From positions 59,106 through 123,105 of the forward strand of contig JAGCPB010000058.1 in the NCBI GenBank assembly GCA_017642425.1: a DNA stretch of 64,000 nt, in the 5' to 3' direction. The notes below the pieces were generated by a model. It ran no database searches. It saw nothing but the letters and a program-made list of their open reading frames with translations, and was not told the origin of the DNA. Shown here in pieces: positions 8,611-18,127 of the stretch (position 1 is the stretch's first letter; every line of letters starts with the position of its first letter). The stretch is from Bacteroidaceae bacterium. GTDB lineage: Bacteria; Bacteroidota; Bacteroidia; Bacteroidales; Bacteroidaceae. The translations under genes were made by a program, and so were the position numbers.

Positions 8611-9975
8611 TCATTGCAAATTTTTCTTGATTTGAGTTTCAAATTCTATGGACTGACCGGGAAGGATGCAATTGGATTCTATATGTATATCCTGGCCATA
8701 GGCGGCGGGTGCAGCGGGTATTTCAACCCACAGTTCCTGGCCGGGAAGCAGACCGCGCAGTGAGGTTGCGGAACGGATGCCTCCTATGGAAAACCATGCA
8801 TCACGGTATAGGGGCGCCACGCCCTGGTTTGATACCAGCAGACGGGTTATGATGCCGTTGGTCTGACACTGTTTTACGACAAAGCGGTAGCCGGTAGCCA
8901 TAGATGCTTCACGGAACAGCGGGGGAGTAGCCACTCCGCCATTAGGTGCATCGTTGGCAATCATGAAAGTGATATGGTATTTGGCCGCCTGTTCTGCCCA
9001 GGTATGGCCGTACAGACCATCGGGACTTAGAAAACTCTTTTGGTCATTTGGAGAATAATAGCTTATCTCACCGCCGCATACGCCTGTCTGCCAGCGCACG
9101 CCTCGACCTATGGCGTTCCAGCATTGCTCGTTGTAGCCATCGGTAGTACCGATCTCATGGCCCTTGTGCATGAAAGAGTCATCAAACAGGCCAAAATGCA
9201 ACGACATAAGGCTTTCACTAGCCACCACGGGAGAATGGTCTGCCGATGCAGCATCAATGGAGACAGCCCACGGGATGCCGGCCATAACGGTATCCAGGTG
9301 GTCAAAGAACCGTGTCTGGAAATCCATAGACGGGAAGTTGATTCCCAACTGGTATTTTGTACCATAGATGTGGTATTCTGCCCAGTGGCCGAACCCCACC
9401 TCCACAAACGCCAGACGGGAATCATGTGCATATCGCTGCGCAAAGTCCGTGTAGAACTGTAATGTAAACCCTTGCAGTTCACTGTTGCTCCAGTCTGCAT
9501 ACCAGGTGGGGCCGTCGCCACCTGGATTTGCGGAGTACGTCTCTTTGTAGTCAGGCAGCTGCTTTACGTACTGGGGTACGGCTGTCGTACCGCGGTTGCC
9601 ATCCACATCCCTGCCTGACGGATACTCGTATCGGAAACGTGCTATAAGCTGATGACCGCGTCCGGCTACATCATCCAGCAGACGGTCAAACCAGCTCCAG
9701 TCATAAATGATAGTACCGTCATCAGTACAGCCTGTCACCACCTTGCAGGGCAGGCAATATGAGAACTCCAACTGTATGGTCTTACCGTATTCAGCATTGC
9801 GGCTACGGGCCTCATCGGGCCAAAGCACCAGTCCCGTCATGGGCTGAACACCTGTAATCTTTCTTTCCAAAGCCACCTGTTGCCATTGCTGAGCTTGACA
9901 ATCCGATTGGCCCACTAGCACCAATAAAGCCCAAATAAAAATTCCTGACTTTTTCACATCACTGAGAATTTGCAT
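8611..9975 (-). CDS. Secreted DUF4832/DUF4874-type putative glycoside hydrolase
   Basis: 454 aa with an N-terminal signal peptide. The family assignment is from memory of this Bacteroidales protein type only. 1-nt overlap with the upstream thioesterase gene. Confidence 0.55.
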   Translation of the reverse strand: MQILSDVKKSGIFIWALLVLVGQSDCQAQQWQQVALERKITGVQPMTGLVLWPDEARSRNAEYGKTIQLEFSYCLPCKVVTGCTDDGTIIYDWSWFDRLLDDVAGRGHQLIARFRYEYPSGRDVDGNRGTTAVPQYVKQLPDYKETYSANPGGDGPTWYADWSNSELQGFTLQFYTDFAQRYAHDSRLAFVEVGFGHWAEYHIYGTKYQLGINFPSMDFQTRFFDHLDTVMAGIPWAVSIDAASADHSPVVASESLMSLHFGLFDDSFMHKGHEIGTTDGYNEQCWNAIGRGVRWQTGVCGGEISYYSPNDQKSFLSPDGLYGHTWAEQAAKYHITFMIANDAPNGGVATPPLFREASMATGYRFVVKQCQTNGIITRLLVSNQGVAPLYRDAWFSIGGIRSATSLRGLLPGQELWVEIPAAPAAYGQDIHIESNCILPGQSIEFETQIKKNLQ

Positions 9976-10388
9976 TATTCCAGACCGGAGAACGGAGCCG
10001 GCATACGTTTGGTGTAACCTTGGGCGTGGAAGGTGGCTATTATAGTGCCGTTCTGGTCAGTAACCACAACCTGTGCTGCAGGAATCTTGGGATGTCGGCT
10101 GGTAAAATGGCCTTCGGCAGTAAGGACATCGCCCAATTTGGCCGATACGTGATAATATATGGTGGAGTTTATGGCAAAAGCCATGTTCTCACCCTGATTG
10201 ACAAGGGCGGCAAACACAAGGTCTGCCAGTGTGAACAATGCCCCTCCCTGACAAATGTTGCCGGCATTCATGTGGTTTTCTGTTACTGTCATTGTGGCCT
10301 TGGCAGTACCGGGTTTGACCTCAGTAAGTTGAATACCTATGTATTTGGCGAATTTGTCACCCTCATTCAAAAAATCCTTGAGTGTCAT
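9975..10388 (-). CDS. PaaI-family hotdog-fold thioesterase
   Basis: About 137 aa from ATG at 10388 (MTLKDFLNEGDKF...). Contains the NxxGxxQGGALFTLAD-type motif. The track ORF begins at an upstream TTG. Confidence 0.8.
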   Translation of the reverse strand: MTLKDFLNEGDKFAKYIGIQLTEVKPGTAKATMTVTENHMNAGNICQGGALFTLADLVFAALVNQGENMAFAINSTIYYHVSAKLGDVLTAEGHFTSRHPKIPAAQVVVTDQNGTIIATFHAQGYTKRMPAPFSGLE

Positions 10389-10470
10389 GATTAGTGTAAT
10401 TGATTGGCACAAAGATACACTTTTTGACTATCTTTACGCCAGAATTAAAACTAACCTTATTGATATCTAT

Positions 10471-11022
10471 ATGAAAACAAGAACATTTATCATCGCATTA
10501 TTGGCTTCAATGACGGTGTTGCCAATAGCAGCAAAGAGCGTAGAACTTTCATTCAACTATCAGAAACAGAGCGGTGCCGGATCCAACCAGTGGGCCGTAT
10601 GGATTGAGAACTCAGAGGGCAAGGTCGTACGCACACTTACGGTAACATCTTTCACATCAAAAGGCCGTGGAGGTCGTCGCGGTTACACATTCCGTCCCAC
10701 CTGCGTTCCCACATGGGTCAAGAATGCCAAGGCTGAGGAGATGACCGATGAACAGATTGATGCCGTAACAGGTGCAACGCCCTCCCAAAGTGGCATACAG
10801 ACTTACACTTGGGATTTCAAGGATGCAGACGGCAAGGAGGTTCCCGCAGGTGACTACAAGATATGCTTTGAAGCCACCCTGTATTTCAACAGCATCTTAC
10901 TTTACAGAGGTTCTTTCTCAACAAAGGATAAGGCCGGTGACATAAAACTCACCTCAACCCTTACCGAGGAGGATGAGGCTCACAAGAACATGATTACTGA
11001 AGTCAAGGCAGCCATCAAGTAA
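10471..11022 (+). CDS. DUF2271 domain-containing periplasmic protein
   Basis: 183 aa from ATG at 10471 with signal peptide MKTRTFIIALLASMTVLPIAA. Motifs WAVWIENSEGKVVRTL and DAVTGAT, plus a Y.WD..D..GKEVPAGDY motif. Confidence 0.7.
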   Translation: MKTRTFIIALLASMTVLPIAAKSVELSFNYQKQSGAGSNQWAVWIENSEGKVVRTLTVTSFTSKGRGGRRGYTFRPTCVPTWVKNAKAEEMTDEQIDAVTGATPSQSGIQTYTWDFKDADGKEVPAGDYKICFEATLYFNSILLYRGSFSTKDKAGDIKLTSTLTEEDEAHKNMITEVKAAIK

Positions 11023-11025
11023 CCC

Positions 11026-13302
11026 TTAGAAAGAAACTGAACCTTTAAGTGCGGCGGCCGATGAACAATCAGTCGCCGTTACTGTTACCTTGCCGCTGGC
11101 AGATGTGCGGCGGATGTAGGCAATCATGCGGCCATGATATGTATTGAATGCTGTGCTCTTGTGACTTGTATCATGAGCCATCACATCAGCATTGTCAACC
11201 GCGATGAGTTCGGCTCCCGATACGCTCAGTTCTATCCGGCAATCGTTGTTGGGGCAGACATTTCCTTCACCGTCAGCTATGAATACTGACAGAATCTCCA
11301 CATCATCAAATCCGGTACCGGCTTTGCCTCCTATTTTCTCAATCCCGATATGAGTGGGATTACCAACAGTAACTGTATAGCATTTGGCTGCCAACACACC
11401 GTCGTTATATCCTCTAACATCTATTATTCCCTGGTAATAATTCACGTTATATATAGCAGGGCGGGCATTGTCAGGCATCAGCCTGCGGCCCTGAGGCTCT
11501 CCGTTTATCCAAAGGTCCACCTCCTGACAATTTGAATAGACCTCAATCACAGCCTGGTCATACGTATCCATATCGGCCGGAGTCCAGTCCGATATCAGTT
11601 CACCGGCCCCGTTATTATCGGCATGACGGGCAAAAGCCACCATGGGTTCACTTGTCCACCAACTGGCACGCTGCATTCCCGCAGGTTTGACGCCGCCTGT
11701 AACATCTAACAATGCGGTGCTCCACATTACCTGCGGCCAGGCGGCTTCACCCAGATAATCTATGCCGGCCCACAGGAACTGTCCGCACAATGACGGGTCG
11801 TCACGCAGCATAAGCCAAGACTGGACATCATGAGTGTTCTCTGTGCCTATGATTGCCTTTTCCGGATGTGCATCGTGATATGCCTTGAGTTCGTCAACGC
11901 GGTAGTTCTGTCCCACAACATCCATCATCTCGGCAAAACCGTTTTTATATACCCCCGATGAGTTGGGGCGGAACAGGGCCATTGTGACCGGACGGGTACT
12001 GTCCAATGAATGAATCATATTTTGTTGCTTGCGGTACTTTTCAAAGCCTTCAGCTGTGTTCAGATTGTCACGTATCTCATTGCCTATGCTGTAAATAACT
12101 ACGCAGGGGTGATTGCGTGCCTGCTCAACCATAGCGCGTGTATCGGCCTCCCACCATTCATCAAAATAGAGATTATAACCCTTTTCGGCATGATTCTTGG
12201 GTGAATTCCAGGTGTCGAATGATTCGGCCATGAACAGGAATCCCATGCGGTCACAAAGCTCCATGAATGCCGGATCAGCTGGGTTGTGGGCCATCCTGAT
12301 TGCGTTCACACCAAGTTTACGCAATTGCAGGAGCCTGTACTCCCAAACCGATGCCGGCACTGCGGTACCCAATGCTCCAGCATCGGAGTGCAGACAAACT
12401 CCATACATCTTAATATTCTGTCCGTTAAGGAAAAATCCATTTTCATTGTCAAAGCGGATTGTGCGCAGTCCGGTGGTAATGGTTTCGGAATCTATTTCCT
12501 TGCGGCCATCAGATATTGAAACCTCAAGTGTATATAAATAGGGATCATCCAATGACCAAAGATGTGGTGATTTCACTGCAGCATTTGAAGTAAGTTCCGT
12601 CCTCTCTCCCGGAGCAATCTGAACATCTGAACCGTTTTCACGTGTAACCACCTTGCCGTCAGCATCCTTAAGTACAAACTGAAGTTTTACCTTACGGGAT
12701 TTGTCTGACGTATTTGAGACAGTAGCCTTGACATTGAGTTTACCGTCATCAAATGATACAAATACGCCGTTCATGGAGATATGACAGGCGTTCTTTCGTA
12801 CCAGACGCACATGCCGGTTTATGCCGCTTCCAGTGTACCAGCGGGATGCGGGCTGGACTGAATTATCCACACGCACAGCAACCACAGCGTCCTTTCCGGG
12901 CGTAATCAGTTCAGTAACATCGTATGTAAAGCCCACGTAGCCGTTAGGGCGGTAACCTGCCAGTTTTCCGTTCACATAGACACTGCTGCACGCCATCACT
13001 CCGTCAAACTCCAGGAACAGACGTTCATTAGGAGCGATATCGGTCTTGATGGTCTTGCGGTACCAGCCAATTCCGGCCGGAAGGTAAGCACCGCCCTGCC
13101 CCGTTGGATTGCTGCGGTCAAACTCTCCCTCAATACTCCAGTCATGCGGCACATCCACCTGGCGCCAGCCCGTGCTGCCGTCAAGTTCCTCAAGAGACAA
13201 ATCACCAAGCAAAAACTGCCAGCCATTATCAATACTTTGCACATCACGTGCTCCAGCCAGGAGCGGCATAAGTATTGTCAGCGCAAATAATATCTTTCTC
13301 AT
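11026..13302 (-). CDS. Glycoside hydrolase family 2 protein (beta-galactosidase-like)
   Basis: 758 aa with a signal peptide. Sugar-binding N-domain (DNGWQF, VPHDWSIEG) and catalytic-region motifs NAIRMAHNP and SIGNEI. Confidence 0.85.
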   Translation of the reverse strand: MRKILFALTILMPLLAGARDVQSIDNGWQFLLGDLSLEELDGSTGWRQVDVPHDWSIEGEFDRSNPTGQGGAYLPAGIGWYRKTIKTDIAPNERLFLEFDGVMACSSVYVNGKLAGYRPNGYVGFTYDVTELITPGKDAVVAVRVDNSVQPASRWYTGSGINRHVRLVRKNACHISMNGVFVSFDDGKLNVKATVSNTSDKSRKVKLQFVLKDADGKVVTRENGSDVQIAPGERTELTSNAAVKSPHLWSLDDPYLYTLEVSISDGRKEIDSETITTGLRTIRFDNENGFFLNGQNIKMYGVCLHSDAGALGTAVPASVWEYRLLQLRKLGVNAIRMAHNPADPAFMELCDRMGFLFMAESFDTWNSPKNHAEKGYNLYFDEWWEADTRAMVEQARNHPCVVIYSIGNEIRDNLNTAEGFEKYRKQQNMIHSLDSTRPVTMALFRPNSSGVYKNGFAEMMDVVGQNYRVDELKAYHDAHPEKAIIGTENTHDVQSWLMLRDDPSLCGQFLWAGIDYLGEAAWPQVMWSTALLDVTGGVKPAGMQRASWWTSEPMVAFARHADNNGAGELISDWTPADMDTYDQAVIEVYSNCQEVDLWINGEPQGRRLMPDNARPAIYNVNYYQGIIDVRGYNDGVLAAKCYTVTVGNPTHIGIEKIGGKAGTGFDDVEILSVFIADGEGNVCPNNDCRIELSVSGAELIAVDNADVMAHDTSHKSTAFNTYHGRMIAYIRRTSASGKVTVTATDCSSAAALKGSVSF

Positions 13303-14228
13303 TTGTTACAGTCAATTATCGCATCTATCAGTTCCTGTGACGGAAAATCCATAGGTACTATCCCCACAGGCAGTTTATTCTCATTCAACCAGTCAAGCAG
13401 ACGGGCATTTGTATTACGGGCGTTCTTCCTGATGTTGGTACTGACGCCGGTTCCCGTATAACCCGATGCATGATTTATGCACCATACTCCATCATCGGCA
13501 TCGCTGAACGCCTGTAACAGGCGGCACATATTATCCCATTTGCCAGACAGGTAGGTATCAGCGTCATTGCTCCCTGACGTGAAATAGTCCTGTGCCCAAA
13601 GTACTGCACCAGAACCTGCAGATGACTGTAGACGTGTACGCCGGGAGCTTCCGTTACCCGGCCAGCCTCGTACCACAGCGCCCGGTGCATCAATGCCATC
13701 GGATGGTGCATTACGGTGTATGAAAAGAATCTGCCCGCGAACATCGGCCACCGTCATATCCGCCCTGAAGTCTGCCAGCATACCGGCAGGAATCACACTG
13801 CGAATCAGATCCATTGTCCCGTCCACTGCTGTCTGGCCGCCGCCCGCGCTGTTGGTCATGACTATGCAGAACTCAGTGGGATTCTGCTCAAGCTTATATT
13901 TGAGTGTCTGCAACGCCTCCTCAAGCGTAAGATGACAGTTGGCAGGACCGTGATATATTTTAAGTATGCCACCTTCCAATTTGGGTCTAAGGTCAAAAAA
14001 ACGTATACCCGCATCCCACTGCTCTGCCAGATCCATTGTCTGCGTACGGGCGTAATGGCGCATAGGGAACCACACACCCGCAGTTCCGGAGTCATGCGTT
14101 CCGGGAACGGAGACCCTGCACACAGGCATATTGTCCGGCAGGCCTGCCATCCAGCATTTGTTTGTCTGTGCCGTAAACGCAGTTAAAAAAGAGCACAGAC
14201 AGCATAAAAAAGCCAATAACCTTCTCAT
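13299..14228 (-). CDS. PI-PLC X-domain-containing secreted phospholipase C-like protein
   Basis: 309 aa from ATG at 14228 with signal peptide MRRLLAFLCCLCSFLTAFTAQ. Has the PGTHDSGT motif and the following FDLRP motif typical of bacterial PI-PLC X domains. ATGA overlap with the GH2 gene. Confidence 0.75.
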   Translation of the reverse strand: MRRLLAFLCCLCSFLTAFTAQTNKCWMAGLPDNMPVCRVSVPGTHDSGTAGVWFPMRHYARTQTMDLAEQWDAGIRFFDLRPKLEGGILKIYHGPANCHLTLEEALQTLKYKLEQNPTEFCIVMTNSAGGGQTAVDGTMDLIRSVIPAGMLADFRADMTVADVRGQILFIHRNAPSDGIDAPGAVVRGWPGNGSSRRTRLQSSAGSGAVLWAQDYFTSGSNDADTYLSGKWDNMCRLLQAFSDADDGVWCINHASGYTGTGVSTNIRKNARNTNARLLDWLNENKLPVGIVPMDFPSQELIDAIIDCNK

Positions 14229-14235
14229 ACAGACA

Positions 14236-14243
14236 CAAAAATA
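14236..14243 (-). promoter_or_regulatory. -7 promoter box (TATTTTTG) for the PI-PLC-like/GH2 operon
   Basis: TAnnTTTG match 7 nt upstream of the ATG at 14228. Confidence 0.45.
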
Positions 14244-14255
14244 ACTGAATCTGTC

Positions 14256-14263
14256 TAAATTTG
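14256..14263 (+). promoter_or_regulatory. -7 promoter box (TAAATTTG) for the nucleoside-recognition-domain gene
   Basis: TAnnTTTG match 10 nt upstream of the ATG at 14274. Confidence 0.45.
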
Positions 14264-14273
14264 CAGCCAATTT

Positions 14274-15206
14274 ATGGAACGATTAAAGAAAGTAATACGT
14301 GAAGCCTTGCCACGGGCATTCAAAACCATATGGTGGATATTCAAGATAACCGCCATTGTTTCATTTGTGATGCTGCTGCTCAAATATACCGGTATTCTGA
14401 CATGGATTGCCGCCGCGGTAAGCCCCGTGTTCCAGATTTTCGGACTGCCGGGCGATGCATCACTGGCCTATGTGAGCGGATATTTCATCAACGTTTATTC
14501 CTGCATTGCGGTTGTATCCACCATAGACCTTACGGTGCGCCAGATAACCATCCTGGGTACCATGACACTGGCAGCCCACGCAATGGTGGTGGAGTGCGCA
14601 GTACAGAAAAAGACAGGGACAAACATAATCTATACCGTTATCCTGCGCACATTGGGATCGCTTGCTCTAGGCGTCATAATGAATCAGGTACTGCCTGGAA
14701 AACCTGTGTTTGATTCAACAACGGTCAATCTTTCAGAAATACCTTTCTTTAATATTAAAGAGGAATTCTGGCCCATGTTCGTAGTCTGGTTCAAGGGATT
14801 GGTCAAGCTTGCCGCATGGATGACAGTCCTTATTACACTGCTTAATGTCTTACAGCGGGCATTCTACGAGTATGGCATAATGGCATACATTTCACGATTT
14901 TTCAGTCCGTTGCTCACACTGTTCGGTCTGCCTAAGGAAACGTCGTTCCTTTGGATTGTTGCCAACGTGGTAGGGCTGTCATACGGATCGGCCGCAATCA
15001 TGGATGAGATGGAGCGCGGGCAGATATCAGACCGCAGTATTCTGGAACTCAACACCCACATAGGTATATCGCACAGCAATCTGGAGGACCTGATGCTTTT
15101 TGCAGCCATGGGCGGACAATGGTACTGGATGCTCCTGTTCCGCTGGACCATGGTAACCATCCTTGTCTGGTCCCTAAGGTTATACTTTAAAATTACAGCA
15201 CGATAA
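14274..15206 (+). CDS. Nucleoside recognition (Gate) domain-containing membrane protein
   Basis: 310 aa, polytopic membrane protein. Resembles the paired Gate-domain proteins related to FeoB/SpmA-SpmB. Confidence 0.65.
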   Translation: MERLKKVIREALPRAFKTIWWIFKITAIVSFVMLLLKYTGILTWIAAAVSPVFQIFGLPGDASLAYVSGYFINVYSCIAVVSTIDLTVRQITILGTMTLAAHAMVVECAVQKKTGTNIIYTVILRTLGSLALGVIMNQVLPGKPVFDSTTVNLSEIPFFNIKEEFWPMFVVWFKGLVKLAAWMTVLITLLNVLQRAFYEYGIMAYISRFFSPLLTLFGLPKETSFLWIVANVVGLSYGSAAIMDEMERGQISDRSILELNTHIGISHSNLEDLMLFAAMGGQWYWMLLFRWTMVTILVWSLRLYFKITAR

Positions 15207-15212
15207 TAAAAT

Positions 15213-15241
15213 AATCCGATTCAATTGAACCGGATTTTTTA
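15213..15241. terminator. Hairpin terminator between convergent genes
   Basis: aatccg...cggatt stem followed by TTTTTT. Lies between the stop at 15206 (+) and the asnS stop at 15243 (-). Confidence 0.6.
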
Positions 15242-15242
15242 T

Positions 15243-16688
15243 TTAGAACTCTGCGGAACGCGGAGTACGCGGGAACGGGATAACGTCCCTGATGTTCTGC
15301 ATTCCGGTTACAAAGAGGATCAGGCGCTCAAAGCCAAGACCGAATCCGGCGTGCGGGCAACTGCCCCAGCGGCGGGTATCCAGATACCACCACAAGTGAG
15401 TCATATCCATCTTGCGACGGTTGATCTCACCCATAAGGTTATCATAATCAGCCTCACGTACTGAACCTCCGATAATCTCACCAATCTGCGGGAACAATAC
15501 ATCAGTACCCTGCATGGTGGGTGCGGGAGCCTTGACTCCATGATAACCAATAGAACCTCCATCTGGAGTAGCCTCATTCTGCTTCATATAGAATGACTTG
15601 ATGGCTGTGGGATAATCGGTCATTATAACCGGCTTCTTGAAATACTCCTCTACCAGATAACGCTCATGCTCCGATGCCAGGTCATCGCCCCAGTTGCAGG
15701 GGAACTCAAACTTGCGGCCCTTCTTGATGGCATCCTGAAGGATATTTATACCCTCGGTATAGGTAAGACGGATAAAGTTCTCTTTAAGAACGCTCTGCAG
15801 ACGCTCCAGGAGTGTCTTGTCAATCATCTGATTCAGGAACTCCAGGTCATCCTTGCAATTGTCAAGAGCCCACTGTACGCAGTACTTGATGAAATCCTCC
15901 TCAAGGTCCATCAACTCCTCCTGATCCAGGAAAGCAACCTCGGGCTCAATCATCCAAAACTCGGCCAGATGACGCGGAGTGTTGGAGTTCTCGGCACGGA
16001 ATGTAGGACCGAATGTGTAGATGGCACCCAGAGCGGTTGCACCAAGCTCACCCTCCAGCTGACCGCTTACGGTAAGAGAGGTCTGCTGACCAAAGAAATC
16101 ATCATCATAGATAATCTTACCCTGGGCATCTTTCTTAAGGTCATAGAGGTTCTTGGTGGTTACCTGGAACATATTGCCGGCACCCTCGCAGTCACTGGCA
16201 GTGATGAGCGGAGTGTGGAAATAGTAGAATCCATGCTCATGGAAATAGGTATGGATAGCCATTGCCATGTTGTGGCGTATGCGCATCACAGCACCGAAAG
16301 TATTGGTACGCAGACGCATATGGGCATGCTGACGCATGTACTCGAATGACTGGCCCTTTTTCTGCATGGGATAGTCATCACCGCAAAGGCCCAGCACCTC
16401 AATCTCCTTGGCCTGTACCTCGACAGCCTGACCTGAGCCGATACTCTCTACCATGGTACCCTTCACGCTGAGGCAGGCGCCGGTAGTGATCTGTTTCATC
16501 AGCTCATCGCTGAACTTCTCCAGGTCAGCAACTATCTGGACATTCTTGATTGTCGATCCGTCATTAAGGGCAATGAAACTTACGGTCTTGCTTCCGCGCT
16601 TGGTTCTGACCCATCCCTTGACGACAACCTCCTGACCGTAATCGGTACGCTTAAGAAGGTCGGCAATCCTTGTTCTCTTTATATCCAT
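15243..16688 (-). CDS. asnS: Asparagine--tRNA ligase
   Basis: 481 aa with an N-terminal OB-fold. Class II motifs are present, including [21 protein letters not shown] and the C-terminal [15 protein letters not shown]...IPFPR. Confidence 0.95.
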   Translation of the reverse strand: MDIKRTRIADLLKRTDYGQEVVVKGWVRTKRGSKTVSFIALNDGSTIKNVQIVADLEKFSDELMKQITTGACLSVKGTMVESIGSGQAVEVQAKEIEVLGLCGDDYPMQKKGQSFEYMRQHAHMRLRTNTFGAVMRIRHNMAMAIHTYFHEHGFYYFHTPLITASDCEGAGNMFQVTTKNLYDLKKDAQGKIIYDDDFFGQQTSLTVSGQLEGELGATALGAIYTFGPTFRAENSNTPRHLAEFWMIEPEVAFLDQEELMDLEEDFIKYCVQWALDNCKDDLEFLNQMIDKTLLERLQSVLKENFIRLTYTEGINILQDAIKKGRKFEFPCNWGDDLASEHERYLVEEYFKKPVIMTDYPTAIKSFYMKQNEATPDGGSIGYHGVKAPAPTMQGTDVLFPQIGEIIGGSVREADYDNLMGEINRRKMDMTHLWWYLDTRRWGSCPHAGFGLGFERLILFVTGMQNIRDVIPFPRTPRSAEF

Positions 16689-16710
16689 TGTATAAGGTTT
16701 AAATCGTTAA

Positions 16711-18060
16711 TTATTCATATGCACCCATACGGAGCATGTTGACCTCCTTCTCGGTCAGGAAACGCCAGTCACCACGACGCAGACGCTTCTTGGTAAGACC
16801 TGCAAACTGTACGCGGTCAAGCTTGGTAACGCGGTAACCCAGAGCATCGAACATACGGCGAACCACACGGTTACGGCCTGAGTGAATCTCAATACCCACC
16901 TGTGTCTTGTCATCGTTTACGTAGCTAACCTCATCGGCACGAACGATATCACCATCTTCTTCACCTATGTTTACACCGTCAAGAAGTTTCTGAAGATCCT
17001 CGGCGCTGACAGCGCGGTCAAGACGTGCATGATATATCTTCTTCTTGAGGAACTTGGGGTGTGTAAGGCGGCTGGCCATCTCACCGTCATTGGTTAGAAG
17101 CAGCACACCTGTGGTATTACGGTCAAGACGGCCTACGGGATATACGCGCTCCTTGCAGGCACCCTTTATATAATCCATAACGGTCTTGCGCTCCTGGGGA
17201 TCATCAACGGTGGTAACGCAATCCTTGGGCTTGTTGAGCAGGATATATATCTTGCGCTCTATGCTTACCAGCTGGTCATGGAACAGTACGTTGTCACCGC
17301 GATGCACTTTGGTACCAAGTTCGGTTACGGTCTGGCCGTTAACCTTTACCACACCTGCCTGGATGAACTCATCGGCCTCACGACGTGAGCATACACCGGC
17401 ATTTGCCAGATACTTGTTCAGACGTATCTCCTCCTCGGGATCGTGAATGACATCCTGATACTCTATGCGCTTGCGGCTGTCCTGACGCTTCTGCACGGGT
17501 TTGCGGAAACCGCCCTGCTGGCCGTAACCACGCTGACCGTAACCTCCCTGGCGCTGACCGTAGCCACCCTGACGCTGCTGATAGCCGCCTTGACGCTGGC
17601 CATAGCCTCCCTGGCGCTGGCCATAACCCTGACGCTGGTAGCCGCCTTCCTGCTGATCGCCACCCTGGACACGCTCCCTGTAGAAACGGGGCTGGCCCTC
17701 TTCACCGTTATTGTTGTACTGGCGGGGCTGATTATAACGCTGCTGTCCGTACTGCGGACGATTATTATTGTAACCACGGTTCTGATAACCACCGCCATAC
17801 TGCTGACGCTGGCCATACTGCTGGCGGGGGCGGTCCTGACTGTAGCCCTGTTCGCCATCCTGACGCTGCGGACGTTCCACTCTTGAATACTGAGGACGAT
17901 TGTTGTTGTAATCAACCCTTACAAAACGCGGGCGACCCTCGCGACGGTTAGTACCCTGGTTGTTCTCATCGGAGTTTCCGTTAAAACGGTTGTAGCTGTT
18001 CTCCTGCTCCTGATTCCCGCTCTCGTCGTAGAATCTGTTTCCATTCTCTGTTTCCATCAT
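16711..18060 (-). CDS. RluB/RsuA-family rRNA pseudouridine synthase with a long low-complexity N-terminal region
   Basis: 449 aa. S4 domain (IRLNKYLANAGVCSRREADEFI) and catalytic motif GRLDRNTTGVLLLTNDG in the C-terminal half. Residues 1 to ~210 are Q/G/R/Y/N-rich. Confidence 0.85.
   Translation of the reverse strand: MMETENGNRFYDESGNQEQENSYNRFNGNSDENNQGTNRREGRPRFVRVDYNNNRPQYSRVERPQRQDGEQGYSQDRPRQQYGQRQQYGGGYQNRGYNNNRPQYGQQRYNQPRQYNNNGEEGQPRFYRERVQGGDQQEGGYQRQGYGQRQGGYGQRQGGYQQRQGGYGQRQGGYGQRGYGQQGGFRKPVQKRQDSRKRIEYQDVIHDPEEEIRLNKYLANAGVCSRREADEFIQAGVVKVNGQTVTELGTKVHRGDNVLFHDQLVSIERKIYILLNKPKDCVTTVDDPQERKTVMDYIKGACKERVYPVGRLDRNTTGVLLLTNDGEMASRLTHPKFLKKKIYHARLDRAVSAEDLQKLLDGVNIGEEDGDIVRADEVSYVNDDKTQVGIEIHSGRNRVVRRMFDALGYRVTKLDRVQFAGLTKKRLRRGDWRFLTEKEVNMLRMGAYE
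17505..17655 (-). repeat. In-frame 21-nt tandem repeats encoding (Q)GGYGQR heptads
   Basis: Protein reads QGYGQRQGGYGQRQGGYQQRQGGYGQRQGGYGQRGYGQQGG. The DNA shows repeated ctgacg/ctggcg ... gtagcc/ataacc units. Confidence 0.8.
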
Positions 18061-18127
18061 AACTGTAATTGTTTAGGGAAGCCCTCACGGCTTCATCAGT
18101 TTTAGATTTTTAAATGACTATTAAATA

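Noticed and set aside
15666-16349. 227-aa ORF antisense to asnS
   Set aside because: It is fully embedded in a highly confident aminoacyl-tRNA synthetase gene and has no recognisable domain.
17443-17886. 147-aa ORF (and the 150-aa ORF at 17463-17915) overlapping the pseudouridine synthase low-complexity region
   Set aside because: These are L/T/A-rich mirror-frame products of the GGYGQR repeats. They have no independent start context, so they are an artefact of repetitive composition.
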